Assembly (NCBI GenBank): GCA_964016885.1
Contig: OZ024747.1
Span: 82,336,001 to 82,400,000, forward strand
Reading direction: 5' to 3'
Origin: Eledone cirrhosa
Taxonomy: Eukaryota
DNA length: 64,000 nucleotides
Shown: positions 1 through 16,302 of the stretch, in pieces
How the letters are laid out: each line of letters starts with the position of its first letter
Position numbering within the stretch: position 1 is the first letter of the stretch
Notes under the pieces: generated by a model
What the model saw: the letters and a program-made list of their open reading frames with translations, nothing else
Database searches by the model: none
What the model was told of the DNA's origin: nothing
Translations under genes and position numbers: made by a program

Positions 1-51
1 GACAGCAACCGCTGGAGAGAACTCATTCATGGATCCCGGGAATTTTACTCG

Positions 52-1838
<1,787 letters not shown>

Positions 1839-2017
1839 TATATATATAAATTTTGTTTGTTCAATATATATATATATTTATATATATATAATTCAAATTT
1901 ATAGATATATGTATATATATATATATGTAGAGCGAAAGAACCATCATGTATCTTGTGAGAACACACAGTATTTTGTACACATACAAATCACTTATATCTA
2001 GGAAGAATACATTTACC

Positions 2018-2053
2018 TCTTCTGATGAAGGACTGGTGCCCGACACGTTAAGT
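2018..2053 (+). ncRNA. Minimal type-I hammerhead ribozyme, family C (GAAA mutated to GACA)
   Basis: TCTT CTGATGA A GGAC tggt GCCC GAC ACGT T AAG. Flanks are homologous to the copy at 61074-61109. Confidence 0.7.
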
Positions 2054-2553
2054 CTCTCTTCCTGTTATTTTAAGCGTTAAGCTAATATATTTCTCCCATG
2101 TGCCGTTTGTTTTGTTATTTTTGTTATTACTTTTACGTACCTATATATATACACGCACACATATATATACACATGCACATATATGTATATTTGTATATAT
2201 ATATAACTATAACTATATACATATATATATATACATAGCTATATACACATATACATATTTATACATATATATATATATATATAAGCACACACGCACAAGC
2301 CTCCGTTCATCTTTCATAGCCAGTTATAAAAGCTATCTCTCTCTCTCTCTCTATCACCCATCTCTCCTCCTATCTCATCCTTCCTTATTATACTCCTCCC
2401 CCTCCATTCTTTACTCTCATCTCCTCCTCTTTTCCCAACCCCCCTCAATTTTTTTCCCAACATCACACATCAATCTAAAATTACTTTTCATATGTTGACT
2501 TAAAACTGCACTATTCACAAGTGTTTTTTAACCTTCATATCATGTCTCCCTAT

Positions 2554-2618
2554 TTTATCTGACGAAAACGCAAATGTCATCGCATGATGATATTTGTTTT
2601 TGAAATGCGCATAATAAA
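2554..2618 (+). ncRNA. Type-I hammerhead ribozyme with palindromic stem III
   Basis: TTTAT CTGACGA [AAACGCAAATGTCATC gcat GATGATATTTGTTTTT] GAA ATGCGCAT A ATAAA. Confidence 0.8.
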
Positions 2619-2649
2619 TTACATGGAACTCTTTTAACCATCTTTTGAT

Positions 2650-2697
<48 letters not shown>

Positions 2698-2720
2698 AGT
2701 ATAATTGGGGAAGATAATAT

Positions 2721-2751
<31 letters not shown>

Positions 2752-2959
2752 TGTAGGTAGAAAGAGAAAGTGGAATAGAAGTGTAAGTACAAAAATGAGA
2801 GGAAGAGAAGTACGTAAATGAGATGAAAAGTGAGAAAGAGGAGAGAGAGTAGGGAGTGGGAGAGAGAGATTAGGAGTGAAGGTATAAGTAACAGGACGAA
2901 AGTCGGTTAGGGAGTGAAAGTGAGAGGTAGAGAAGTAGGAGAAGGAAACATCATAGGTA

Positions 2960-3200
2960 AGGTGAATGTAAAGAGAGAGGGTGTGAAGGAGAGAGAAACA
3001 AAGTAAGGGAGGGGGCCATCAGAAGAGAGAGGGTGAGGGAAAGAGAGAAAGAAAGTAAGGGGGAGTCAGAAGAGAGAGGGTGAGAGAAAGAGAGAAAGTA
3101 AGTAAGGGGGGGTCTCAGAAGAGAGAGGGTGTGAAGGAGAGAGAGAGAGAAAGTAAGGGTGAGGATCGGAAGAGAGAGGATGAGAGAAAAAGAGAAATTG
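2960..3200. repeat. Purine-rich ~45-bp degenerate tandem repeat
   Basis: About 5 units of agaagagagagggtg..gagagaaag..aagtaaggg. Confidence 0.7.
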
Positions 3201-3504
3201 GAAAAGGAAATGATGAGAAGGAAAAATGCGAGATTATTTCATTTATAATTTCCTATTGAGACCTCGGGTGTTATCCAGCCCCCTGACAACCACTTCCCTT
3301 TGTCAAATAAGAAAGATGACATCACAACTGAAGAAAGACCTCTATGAGGTGGGGTGACTGATACATCGGATATCAATGCTCTCATCATTTTCTCCAACTG
3401 TGTAATGTTGTCCAACAAAGGTGTTAAGTTTGATACATCTCCATGTCATAATTTTATCTTAAATATATGTGTTTGAAATAAAATATCTACGTGCATTTCC
3501 TAAC

Positions 3505-3727
3505 ATACATTTTGCAAACGTCTATAATGTCAACACATTAGCCTCTAGTTGCTGTAACCTAACGGTTAGACTATGTTGCAAACCTCCATAATGTCAGCAC
3601 ATCATCTTCTACTACTATAGTTACTGTAACTTAACAGTTAGACTATGTTGCAAACCTCTATAATGTCAACACATTACCTTCTACTAATGTAGTGCTATAG
3701 TTACTGTAACTTAACAGTTAGACTATG
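3505..3727. repeat. Three ~65-75 bp tandem units
   Basis: Repeated ctataatgtcaacacatta..gttactgtaacttaacagttagactatg. Confidence 0.75.
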
Positions 3728-4717
3728 ATTCGCAAATATGCTGTAATAAGACCAACACAAGCCAATAGATTTTACCTTAACGCTAAAGATCCAACCTTTG
3801 TTATTATGGAGCCAACAAGGGAGCATCTCCTCATGGGTTTCAAATAATCATCCCACCCCACACCCCACCCACACCTGCCACACACACACATTTATTAATT
3901 TTTCAAATTTTTTTCCACAACCCCCGCTTATTAAATTCTGCTAATCTATCTCCGGCGAAATTTTATTTTAAGTTGTAGCATTCCTGCGGCAATTAATTTT
4001 CTTTAGACATTAAAAAATATGACACAAAAAGTACATTACTAGAAATCCCATACGTTATAAAATAAATAGAATGGTTTGGGGTCTCAATATGTAGACTAAA
4101 CGGGTAATTCTGGTTTTTAAAAAACCCAACGGTTGTTTTTCTGCTAGTTACTTATAATAACAATTGTTAGTTATTCTTTTCCAATGTACTCCATAATGAA
4201 TTATCATTTATTAAGATTATTTTTATGGTATATATACATTTGTAGCTTAATTCCTATATCTACAGGCCCAACTTTAACGTATTTTACGAGATGTGTCACA
4301 GTTTAGAATGATTAGATTCTTCAATATACCTAAAATTCTTCATGAAATTAATGATTTATCGTTTTTTAAAGTTACGTTTTTATAATATTTCATTATCCGC
4401 ATTAACATCTATAATTTAATATCTTATAAATTCAGAAATTGCTTTCCTTTGGAAAATATATTATTTTTATGTATTTTCATATTTACCAAACTATAATTGT
4501 ATTCTACCACGTTGCATGTAAGTAGCGTTTTCACTATGGAACGGAAATTGAAAACATAATCTATAATATTGTACACAAAACATTTACATTAATTGTAACG
4601 CAATTGACAGAAAAACTATGGAACAAAATCGATAGCATAATCTATTATAGATACAACAATTACACTATTTATATTTAATAATTACTGTAATATATGTATT
4701 TAAATTTCTGTTCCTTT

Positions 4718-4815
<98 letters not shown>

Positions 4816-4948
4816 TATACATATATACATAGATATATACATAGATATATGTGTGTGTGTGGGTATATATATATATAATCATACATAGATATATATGTGT
4901 GTGTGTGGGTATGTGTGTGTATGCATGCATATATATATATATATATAT

Positions 4949-5149
4949 AACGAAGTGTGGTAAGGAACCAGATGGACGATAACGCACCAGAGTACTCACT
5001 ACTTAGGGTAGTAGAGTGGGTAATAGGAAAATGTTTAACCCCGACGGCAGAGCTCAAGTCGTTTCGACGGCGATTTCTGGACTAAATTTAGTCCAGAAAT
5101 AGCTGTCGAAACGGCTTGAGCTCTGTCGTCGGGGTTAAACATTTTACTA
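4949..5149 (-). mobile_element. Family D fold-back insertion in (TA)n carrying the 3' half of a hammerhead
   Basis: Inverted arms 5024-5086 and 5087-5149 contain GAA ACGGC ttgagctct GTCGT C GGGG. Homologous to 57700-57893 and 43440-43590. Confidence 0.8.
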
Positions 5150-5413
5150 TATATATATATATATATATGGGGGGGGGGCGTATGTGTGTGTCTCCACGAA
5201 CCACCTAATAGAATATTAGTCTACGACTTCATTTATACCATGAACGTGGTTTTGTCTTTGCGTTTTCACAGCTCCAAAAAAGACGTTTTTTTTTTTTTTT
5301 TCTTTTTTTTTTGCGAGGGAACGTTTCCACGAACCAAAGTATCGTCTTCCTGTCTTCCTTCAGTTGCAAACTTTTCGAAATATTTACTTCTGCGTTCACA
5401 GATTGATTTTTTT

Positions 5414-5464
5414 AGTTTCAGAAGATCCCGTTAGAGGTGAAAGCAGCGATTCTTTGCTTAAAAT
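5414..5464 (+). ncRNA. Hammerhead-like motif with CAGAAGA core, family E (within repeat 5185-5490)
   Basis: AGTTT CAGAAGA TCCC..GGT GAA AGCAG cgattct TTGCT T AAAA. Homologous to 58567-58617. Confidence 0.65.
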
Positions 5465-5484
5465 TTAATCTGTTATTTTAATAA

Positions 5485-5571
<87 letters not shown>

Positions 5572-7010
5572 AATTAAATATACTATAATTATATTCAATT
5601 CCCTTTTATGCTCCTTTCTATTGTATAATACAGTATATTGATTATGATTTTATGCTCCTTCGTATTCGTCATACATTTCTTTTTTCTGTCCCCATTGGCC
5701 TACCATAATTCTATTTAAAGTCCGTTTATTAGATAACGTTATTCAACTGATAGTTGAATATTTCATTCTTTTCCAGATATTTTTATAGTGATATCTTAAA
5801 ATTTGGAGATTTTGATTACTTAAACCATAGCTAATTTTGTATTATGTATTTTAAATACTTTCAATATTAATTAATTTAATAGGGTTTTCTAGTCATTTAT
5901 CCGGGTTTGTTTCCTAATTTTTTTACTTAACGGCATGTGACACCTAAGTAAATACTTTTGTTTTTGTTTTTCGATTTCCGGTTGATTTTATTTATATATT
6001 TATACTACAGTGCGTAGTTTTCTGTCTGGTTCTCATTCACTTATTCACAAATGTCTGTCCACCAACCACGTAATTATGTATATTATACTATGTTCAATAT
6101 TTTATATTGAAGTTTTATATCATTCCACTCTTTGTAAACGTACTACTGATCTTTATTATTTACCGATTATTAAATGTACCATTATGTTATGTTAAATTTT
6201 GTAAATTCTGTAATATGTTTATATTTTTATAATTTTTGTAATGTTTGGATAATATTTATTTACACCAATTGTATAGAAATTTGACCTCCATCTGTTTTCT
6301 TGCAATGGTTTTGATATTTTTCCAACATAATTTTTCCAACATAATTTAGTTCTGTACAATATTTTTCTCACCCGGTCTGTAACTCTATATGATTTGCTAA
6401 GTTATATGCCATTATATTATAATATTGTTATTATAGTGTTATTGTAACATTTATATTGTTTGTGCAAATTAACCGGAGATTATCTATTATATAATTATAT
6501 AGTTTATTATATATTATATGTTTACTTTTAATCATTTATTCTTCATTTTATACTGTAAATAATATATGTATTATATTTTTATTTTTATTCTTATTATTCT
6601 TATTATTCTTATTTATATATAAACTCTTAATAAGGGTTAGTTTGTGCTTGTATTGATGGAAATGTGTATTGATATATATGTATATATGTGTACATATGTA
6701 TATATATATATATATATGTATATTGGGCCTTTTAATATTATTATTATTATTATCAATTATATTATATTATATTATATTATATTATATTATATTATATTAT
6801 ATTATATTATATATAGTACAATAATTCCCGCTCTATATCACCACCTTTGTTTAGCTTTAGTTTTTGCATTGGACTATATTTGTAATATGGTTCAAAATGT
6901 TATTCACTTCCTTAGCAATTTTTACTTGATATTTTCCTATGCTTTAATGTATGTACACTCCATATTCTTCTGAGTTTTTGGCTTGTATTGGCCGATAGTG
7001 CTTCTTATAG

Positions 7011-7064
7011 CTTTAATTGCCCTGATGAGTCCTTAATAGGACGAAACATTGTTGGCTAATAAAG
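7011..7064 (+). ncRNA. Type-I hammerhead ribozyme, family F, at the 3' end of an AT-rich insert (about 5570-7118)
   Basis: ctttaattGCC CTGATGA GTCCT taat AGGAC GAA AC att GT T GGCtaataaag: perfect core and 5-bp stem II. Confidence 0.88.
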
Positions 7065-7115
7065 ACTTTTGATGTATTGAAGGCTTCTTTGGTTTATTTT
7101 CATAATATTTTCATA

Positions 7116-7242
<127 letters not shown>

Positions 7243-8301
7243 AGTAGTTCCACAACAGTTAGTTCACCATACTGAGAACAAATGTTTCACCTTATTTGGA
7301 TCCTCAGCTCTGTCTGAATGAAGTTGTACGGAAAAGGAAAAGCAACCGTACGAATACGCATGGGCAGAAACAGTCACTTCTCCTGGGCTAGTATGTATGT
7401 ATGTACATGTTTATATGTGCGTATATGTGTGTCTGTGTGTGTTCGTGTATGCGTGTTTCTGTATATGTATGTATTCAAGTCAAATGAACAAGATTACATT
7501 CAATATCTGTCCACATGGGCTTGCATGAATACTCTACGATGATAGCATTTTTATAGTTTTATATCTCTTTTCCTATAAAACCCTTTCTCGAAATAATTCC
7601 ATATCTATTTTAAGTGGATAATTCTTGACTTAAACTTTATTGTTATTTCTGTTAGTAAATTTAATTGTACATTATTCTATGTTGCTGTGTTTTCTGTTTA
7701 CTCATCAATTCTTTTATTAGTTTCTATCATTAGACTGCGGTTATACATAGCTACAAAAGAAAGTGTTTCACTTACCGTATTGCATTTATGTTGAATGACT
7801 TTTAAAGTATATAGGTTTGCCCTTAAACGCCTGTAATTGGCACTTCGCGTAGATTTTATCCAATGCTATTATTAAGTCGATGGTTTAATAATAGCAATCC
7901 GGTTATGGCTTTATAATTCATCTTAAAATTAATGTTAATATTTAAGAGAGAAATGGAGGTTAGTAATTTGCCAGCCTTATCTCAATGAAGGGGCAGGTAT
8001 TTTGTTAGCGAGAGGCATTCATTCCTAATTGTTAAATTTCTATAAATTATTAACTTCCATCCACGTCAAGTATTCCTAAACTAGTTAATATTATTAATAG
8101 AACATTATATTCAGGAGATTTAAAAGAGCCCTTATTTCTCTTCTAATGAGAAACTCTTAAATAAGGTGAAATTGTCCAAAGTTAGAATGTATAGTATTTG
8201 CATTGAAGCAGACGTGATAGAAACACGTAATAGACACATGTGATAGACACATGTAATTCAACAATTTTAACGCTGCATTATTTTCATTATTTTCGTCATA
8301 G

Positions 8302-8393
8302 AGGTTAACTTTGCCTTTCATCCTTACGGGGTCGATAAAATAAAGTACCAGTAATGTACTGGGTAATTGTGCCAAAAAGTAGAAACAATTATT
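8302..8393 (+). mobile_element. SINE fragment (Meta-domain type)
   Basis: gaggttaactttgcctttcatccttacggggtcgataaaataaagtaccag, same as 47068-47254. Confidence 0.8.
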
Positions 8394-8644
8394 TTCGTCA
8401 TAGAGGTTTATATTTGAACATCGTTCTGTTTAGAGGATGACATTTTTTAATGTATTATTATTGGTATTAGAAGATAACTCACTATTTTACGAACGGACAT
8501 CATCGGTGGTGTGGCGAGGGGAGACTGGTATGCGTGAGTGACTCCTGGTCTTCCACAAACAACCTTTCCCGGACTTGTGCCTCAGAAGCAAACTTTCTAG
8601 GTGCAAAACTCATGGTCATTCGTGATCGAAGGGGGTCTTTACCA

Positions 8645-8804
<160 letters not shown>

Positions 8805-9665
8805 GAGAGTTTGATACAGACGGATTAAAATTTAATTAGCAGAGAGCTCATTTTAGAACAGTTATTATAATGTAAAAAGACCTGAGTTTTTTGTGTTTTT
8901 GCGAGAACGTAGATTTGTGTGAAGGACAAACTAAAACATGCAGCACAATCTTCATTATAGAGATTACTTACAAATTCTTATGCGTTGTTTCTGTTAAGCC
9001 ACGCAGCTCCTGCTCTTCATTCTTCAACATAAATTGATATTTGCCACAGATTTTTATTACTGAAATATGACACCAATTTAAACTATGGAGTATATCGTCT
9101 GTAAAATATACTAAACTATGATATTTCTCCATCTATTTATTTACTCCGAAACTGTTGCTAATATCACATCTAATTTGATATAACACAAGTGACAACACTG
9201 TGACACTTACTGATAAGATTTCCAAAGAGCTATTACTTAAGCTATTTCAATTGTATATCTTGACCATATTATGTTGCTGACGTAAAGTTCACGCAGAATG
9301 TTTATGTCATGTTTTTAAATTGTATACTCCGCAATGTTTCAGTTGCTGATGTAAATGGCAATAGTTTCTTATCTAACCTTTACGACTGTGATTGTCAATA
9401 TTACACATAATTCCACACTACTCCGGAACAGATAAGAACTTACTGGGAGAGATGACTGTTTACAGCGTACAAAGAAATATCTTTTTTCAATAAAATGATA
9501 TGCATTAAGAAAAAGGATATTAAAGAAACGGGGAGGATGTTATAAATAGCAATTTCTAAATTATAGACATAATCTAAAGTTTGGAGAACTACACTGATAT
9601 TTGGAATGTTTTCCAGATACCACAAACGAAATCTCCATAGCTTTCTACTTTTTTCATTTTTCCAA

Positions 9666-9798
<133 letters not shown>

Positions 9799-10196
9799 GT
9801 TCCTATCATGGACATACATATGTACGTAGAAAGATAATAAACTAGAGTCAGATCGTCAAAATTATTAATAATATATAACACTTTAGAAAACTAGTAAAGA
9901 AATACATTTTAGATATGAAAAGGGCAATAGAAGTATATAAGTATATTAGATATATCAGTAAATAGAAGCAAAAAAATGAAAAATCTAAATGAGAGTAAAG
10001 TGTCATTATCATAAAAGAATTTTCACAATAGTATGTGTTACCAAAATGCGAATAATTTCACAGGGAAAAGATTATATTTCACAGAGCGTGTAGGAATAAA
10101 TAGTTACAGTTAAGCAAATATTAAAGTCGTCCATGTTTTTAGTGAGACAAAGTCGCATTACTCAATATACACACACACACATGTATATATAGCAAC

Positions 10197-10292
<96 letters not shown>

Positions 10293-10539
10293 TATCTCTC
10301 CTTTCACTCTTTCTCTCAATCGTTATCTGTCTGTTTGTCTCTTTCTCTATTATCTTTTCTTCGTCATTCCATTGTAAAGCAATGTTACTATTCATCATCT
10401 ATATATGTGTATATACATACATACATACATACATTTATGTATATATACATAATCTTGGTTATACGCACGCATATATACGTTTGAATGTTAAGTCAAGATT
10501 GTGTTATTACATAACTATATATATGTGTGTGTGTGTGTA

Positions 10540-10570
<31 letters not shown>

Positions 10571-11595
10571 CATATATATATATATACATATATGTATATA
10601 TATATGTATATATATATGTATATATATATACATACATATATATATACATATATATATATAAATTTATGTATATATATGTATATATATATATATATGTTTG
10701 TGTATGTAGATATAAATGTTAAAATGATACATATACACTCATATACACTCATATACACATACACACACAAGCCCAGACAAACACACACACATATTCTTCG
10801 AGTAATTTTTCTGAATATCCTACTTAATTCGTTTAAATTAAAACAAAAATTCCTTCGTCTATAAAATAGATACGTAGTTGTATGTGACATAATATTCGCC
10901 ATTTTCTATTTATTGCATTGACTCTAACGTATTTTCCCTTTGGTTTATTTATATTTATTTAATTTTCTCGAATAAAGAAATACAGATAAAGTTTAACCGA
11001 AAGTCGTTTTGTCTTCAGACATAAACTATTCTATTTTATTACCCGAGGCTTGAAATAAATATTGTAGGATAATAATTTCTGTCTGAATAGCAATATTGTA
11101 ATACATCGCTGTATTGTATATGTTAGAAGTATGATTAAATTTCAACTTCATATTTGCTATCTATTTTTATCATTGACTTTACAAAATTTACAAAAAATTA
11201 TATAAATATAATCATGTTAGTTTATAGTATATTATAACATAAAAAGCGATTCTTATTACAGACTTATAGAAATTAAATTGCTTACAGCAGTCTGCAAGAA
11301 ATAGCTGCTAAATTCTCTTAAGTCAAACACCACCGTTTTAAAAAAAGGTAGGATTACTTTGTAAAATCTAATCACTGACACATAAAACGTTGAGACTGTT
11401 ACGAGAACAACGCCTTTGACTAGACGTCTGTTCGATCAAGGGTGACCTTGGGTTAAAACACAACTGCAACTAATATCTAACGAATACTGGAAGATCCTGA
11501 ATAAATGCAGAAAAACAATGCAACATGCACAAAATATTGGTGAGCTGCACACGCACACACTTGCACACATACAAATTTATACATACATACACACA

Positions 11596-11709
<114 letters not shown>

Positions 11710-11839
11710 GAAATTATATTTAATTTGTTAGAATTCCGACAAACATAAATGTTTATAACTGATATAGAGCACTCAACAAGTTACTGGAGTAAGTATTCCA
11801 AGATATTAATAATAAAAACTATATTTATAAAACCATATT

Positions 11840-11904
11840 TATTTTATTATATATATTTCAAGGGCGACCAAGCCAATCTTGGTGCTCTTTCATCAGATAA
11901 AATA
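11840..11904 (-). ncRNA. Type-I hammerhead ribozyme, family G (in element about 11706-12880)
   Basis: Reverse complement: TATTTTAT CTGATGA A [AGAGCACCAAG attgg CTTGGTCGCCCTT] GAA ATATATAT A ATAAAATA. Confidence 0.8.
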
Positions 11905-12878
11905 CAAAATTGATTTTATAAATAACGACATACCCATGGAAATCAACCTTAACGGTCGGAAATTCGCTGGATAGTGCAAACCTATTAGGGGTAATTCAAA
12001 GTTATGTGTGAATATGCAAATGAATGTATGAAAAAATTGAAAAAACAACCGTTTATTTAAATTACGCTAGGGAAAGATCGGGAAGAAAGAGAAGAAAGAG
12101 AGAGAGAAAAAATTACAGTTATGAGATAGATAGAGAGATAGAGAGAAGAAAGAAATTTATTAAGTTTATATTAATGTTACGTATATTTATTAATTATTGT
12201 TAGACTTCTAATACAATACAATATAATATTTACTATTATAAGTATATAGAAAAAATAGATATATAGAAAAAATAGATATATAGAAAAAAATATATATATA
12301 AAGATATATTGAAAAATAAATTGAAAATAAATAGATATAAAGTAGAAAATAGGAGAATCAATAGATAGAAAAATATAGATAGAAAATAGATATATGAGTG
12401 CATAAATGGGTATATCATGTTATAGATAAGTCATGAGGGGTACTGGTTTATATTTAGTGTAAGTAATTAAATTAACTGAGTTAATAAGATTATTTATATG
12501 TTTTTAATGTTTTAAATTGGGAAGATACTGAAAATCCTATTACTTATTTCTTTAAAAAGTTACTTTTTAAAGATTGTTTAAAATTTTTTTAAATATTTAT
12601 AAATATTTTTAAATATTTTTAAATATTTTTAAATATCTTATAAACATTTTAAATAGTTTAAGTACTTTTTAAGTATTTTTATTTTTTAAAGGTTTTTTTT
12701 TTTTTAATGTTGTTTTTAGTATCTTCTGAGATTAAAAAAAAATTTCTTTAAACATTTTTTCCAGAACTTTTAATATTTTTATATTTTTTAATATTTTTTA
12801 ATATTTTTTGATATTTTTTAATACTTTTAATATTTTTAAATTATTTAATATTAGAGTTGTAACCAATAGCTAATTCTG

Positions 12879-12930
<52 letters not shown>

Positions 12931-13158
12931 TATATCTGTATATATATATATACAAAGTTATATCTGTATAACTACAGAGTCCGTAACCGAAGCTGCATAA
13001 CGTGTGTAAATATATACGCATATCTTATATGTAGGAATGTAAACATGCCAGAAAATATGAATTTCCCTGTAAATTGAAAATATTATAAACATCTTCAATA
13101 TATATATATATATATATACGATATTAATAAATGGAAACTATATTTATAAAACCATATT

Positions 13159-13223
13159 TATTTCATTATACATATTTCAGGGATACCAAATTAAATTATG
13201 GTATGCCTTCATCAGACAAAATA
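13159..13223 (-). ncRNA. Type-I hammerhead ribozyme, family G (in insert 13117-13293)
   Basis: Reverse complement: TATTTTGT CTGATGA [AGGCATACCA..TGGTATCCCT] GAA ATATGTAT A ATGAAATA. Confidence 0.82.
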
Positions 13224-13290
13224 CAATATATAACAGTTTTACAAATAAGCTTTGACGTGCCCTATTAAAATGCAACCATTATTTTTGGAA

Positions 13291-13401
<111 letters not shown>

Positions 13402-14251
13402 AAACATTTGTTTGTGTTAAACCGACAGCTATTTTAACACAATTACTTTGACTCTCAGTATCTTTAACCAAGTCCACTTCACAGCAAGGTTTTCGGTTTA
13501 AATATAACTTCCGTCTCTCCATCTGAAAACGATTTATAAGCGCTACCCTTCCGCTTCTGTGTAAGCTATTTAAATATTTATAGATTCTTTCTCGGTGTGT
13601 TGCTACAGGTCACTTCTAATAGAGCTGACCTATGATGGAAAAAATTCCAGTATTAACTATTTTCAGATTTAGTTTCATGTAGAACATCATTAGCTTCCTT
13701 TCTGCAATATCGGTCACGTGAAGGAGAGTAACTGTCATGCAAAGGTGTCTGCTGAAATTCCACAAAAATACCTTGCACGGACTTAAAATCGAAACTTTCT
13801 TGGTGCAAATCTCATGGACAGTCGTGACTGAAGGAGGTCATTACCCTTTTTATTGAAATCAATTTACAGTCGAATTGAAAACATATTCTAACGCAGCAAT
13901 GCACTCGTTAGAGCAAAGTATCTCTAACAAGAATTTATATATGTCGAATTCTAGCATTAACATTGCTTATTTACAAACTGTTTATCTCTGCTAATACTAA
14001 ATATCGACACATATACATATACACACACAATCTTTATAAGTATATATACATGTAGAGAACGGTTTAGTTGTTAGTAAATAATGGTGATAAATGTGCGTCC
14101 ATAAATCTCAATTTAAACATATAGAACTCAGCGAGAATGTATAATTTTGCCTGCCTGCCAAAGACCAGCAATAGATTTAACTGCTTGTGTTGCTTAACTA
14201 CATTTTGTGGTAGCAGCATACAGGCTTCTTTGCTTGCGTGTTTGTATATAT

Positions 14252-14365
<114 letters not shown>

Positions 14366-14472
14366 GAGAGTGAGATATATATACATGAGAGTGAGATCCA
14401 TCATCTCGACAGTAGTCGACGAATGATGATGATGATATATACATATATATATACATACATATATATATATAT

Positions 14473-14594
<122 letters not shown>

Positions 14595-15284
14595 TTTTTA
14601 TATATATACCTATGAGGCACTTTTTGTATGTATATGTATATATATATATGAAAAACAAGGTTAGAGGAATACTGCGTGGTTGCACATGGGTTACATATTA
14701 TAAAATTGGTCCCTCATCAGTGATTTGCCAACCATCATTGGTATTTCATCGCATTAAAAATCAGATACCTCAGGTTGGTGCGAGCAATAACTAAAGTAAG
14801 CTATTGGGACAAGTGAATCGCGTAAAGCGAGTGAGACAAGTAAACAACAAGAAGGAAAAGAAAACCGTATATATATATATATATATACATACAAAAGTGA
14901 CTCATAGGTACATATATAAAAAATAAACATAGCTCTGGTGATAAATTTAATGTGGAGATTAATGCAGTGAATATAAATATATTGTTGTGGTGGACACTTC
15001 TTGTGATGGTTGAGTGTTCATGAATATTCTATATATTTGCCGATAAATATATTTATAGGATAGGAAGGTGTGTGTGTGTGAGGATGCAAGGCTTAGTGGA
15101 TATGTGGTTTAGCTCACGATCGTAATGTCGTGTGATAGCTTTGTTGAGTCATTGAGCAAGATGTTATATTTCACATCCAATCTAGTTCACTCTCATGGTA
15201 GTCCTAGTGATTGATCCAACTGGAGCTTTCTTCGCCGGAAAACGACGGAGGTCCAAAAACAACACTAACACACACACACGCACG

Positions 15285-15378
<94 letters not shown>

Positions 15379-15413
15379 CATATATATATATACACACACA
15401 TATATATATATAT

Positions 15414-15610
15414 ATAGAATTAATACATCTACCAACACATGCGTACAGATGTACACTAATGCTAGTAAATATATAAGTTATGTCAAAGTACCTAGGTGGT
15501 TCTATGCAGGGGGATGCAGAACAATTATATGAAAGAAGTAAAATAAGAAAATTTTAAAAATTAAAAATTGACTTACTTACTAAAATTTTCACTCCTGGAG
15601 TGAAAATTTC
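15414..15610 (-). mobile_element. Family B fragment with short fold-back
   Basis: Reverse complement matches 52263-52435 preceded by GGAGTGAAAA (compare 52794-52803). Apex ttttcactcc-t-ggagtgaaaa at 15596. Confidence 0.8.
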
Positions 15611-15787
15611 AGTAAGTGCCATACTAAGAGTGAGAAATGAAATTTCGTTTTCATTTTGTTTCAATTTATCGTTTTCGGTATGCCTGACCGATTTAACTCA
15701 CTCAATATGCAAATTAGGCTGCTCAGCCGTTAATTTTCATAAGGAAAGTATATACTTTCGAACGTTCAACTATCTGGCAGATGGGTA

Positions 15788-15832
15788 AACGGTGCTGATG
15801 ATAGCTAACAAGCTTGAAACTAGTACATCGTT
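15788..15832 (+). ncRNA. Minimal type-I hammerhead ribozyme, family A copy 1 (predicted cleavage after 15825)
   Basis: AACGGTG CTGATGA T AGC taacaa GCT T GAA ACTAGT A CATCGTT: palindromic stem III and GUA triplet. Confidence 0.9.
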
Positions 15833-16257
15833 CCTGTGTCAGTGTTGAACAAAAAGGTGACGTGGTTGCCTTAACACCGTATGGCATAAATTCAGGCTGT
15901 TCAGTTTGTTTACAAACGAACAAAGCGACGTTAGCGCCGCTAAACTGATACGTGCATATATGTATGTATACCTGTATGCATATGTATGTATATATGAATA
16001 TATATATATATATATATGTGCATGCTACTGTACGTCTGTATACATATATGTATGTACGTATACATGCATACTTACATTTAAGTAAGTGCCATACTAAGAG
16101 TGAGAAATGAAATTTCGTTTTCATTTTGTTTCAATTTATCGTTTTCGGTATGCCTGACCGATTTAACTCACTCAATATGCAAATTAGGCTGCTCAGCCGT
16201 TAATTTTCATAAGGAAAGTATATACTTTCGAACGTTCAACTATCTGGCAGATGGGTA

Positions 16258-16302
16258 AACGGTGCTGATGATAGCTAACAAGCTTGAAACTAGTACATCG
16301 TT
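16258..16302 (+). ncRNA. Minimal type-I hammerhead ribozyme, family A copy 2 (predicted cleavage after 16295)
   Basis: Identical to 15788-15832, offset 470. Confidence 0.9.

Noticed and set aside
14650-14870. CTGATGA on the minus strand at 14713-14719 in a (TA)n-flanked island
   Set aside because: No GAAA or closing stems were found. At best a decayed motif.
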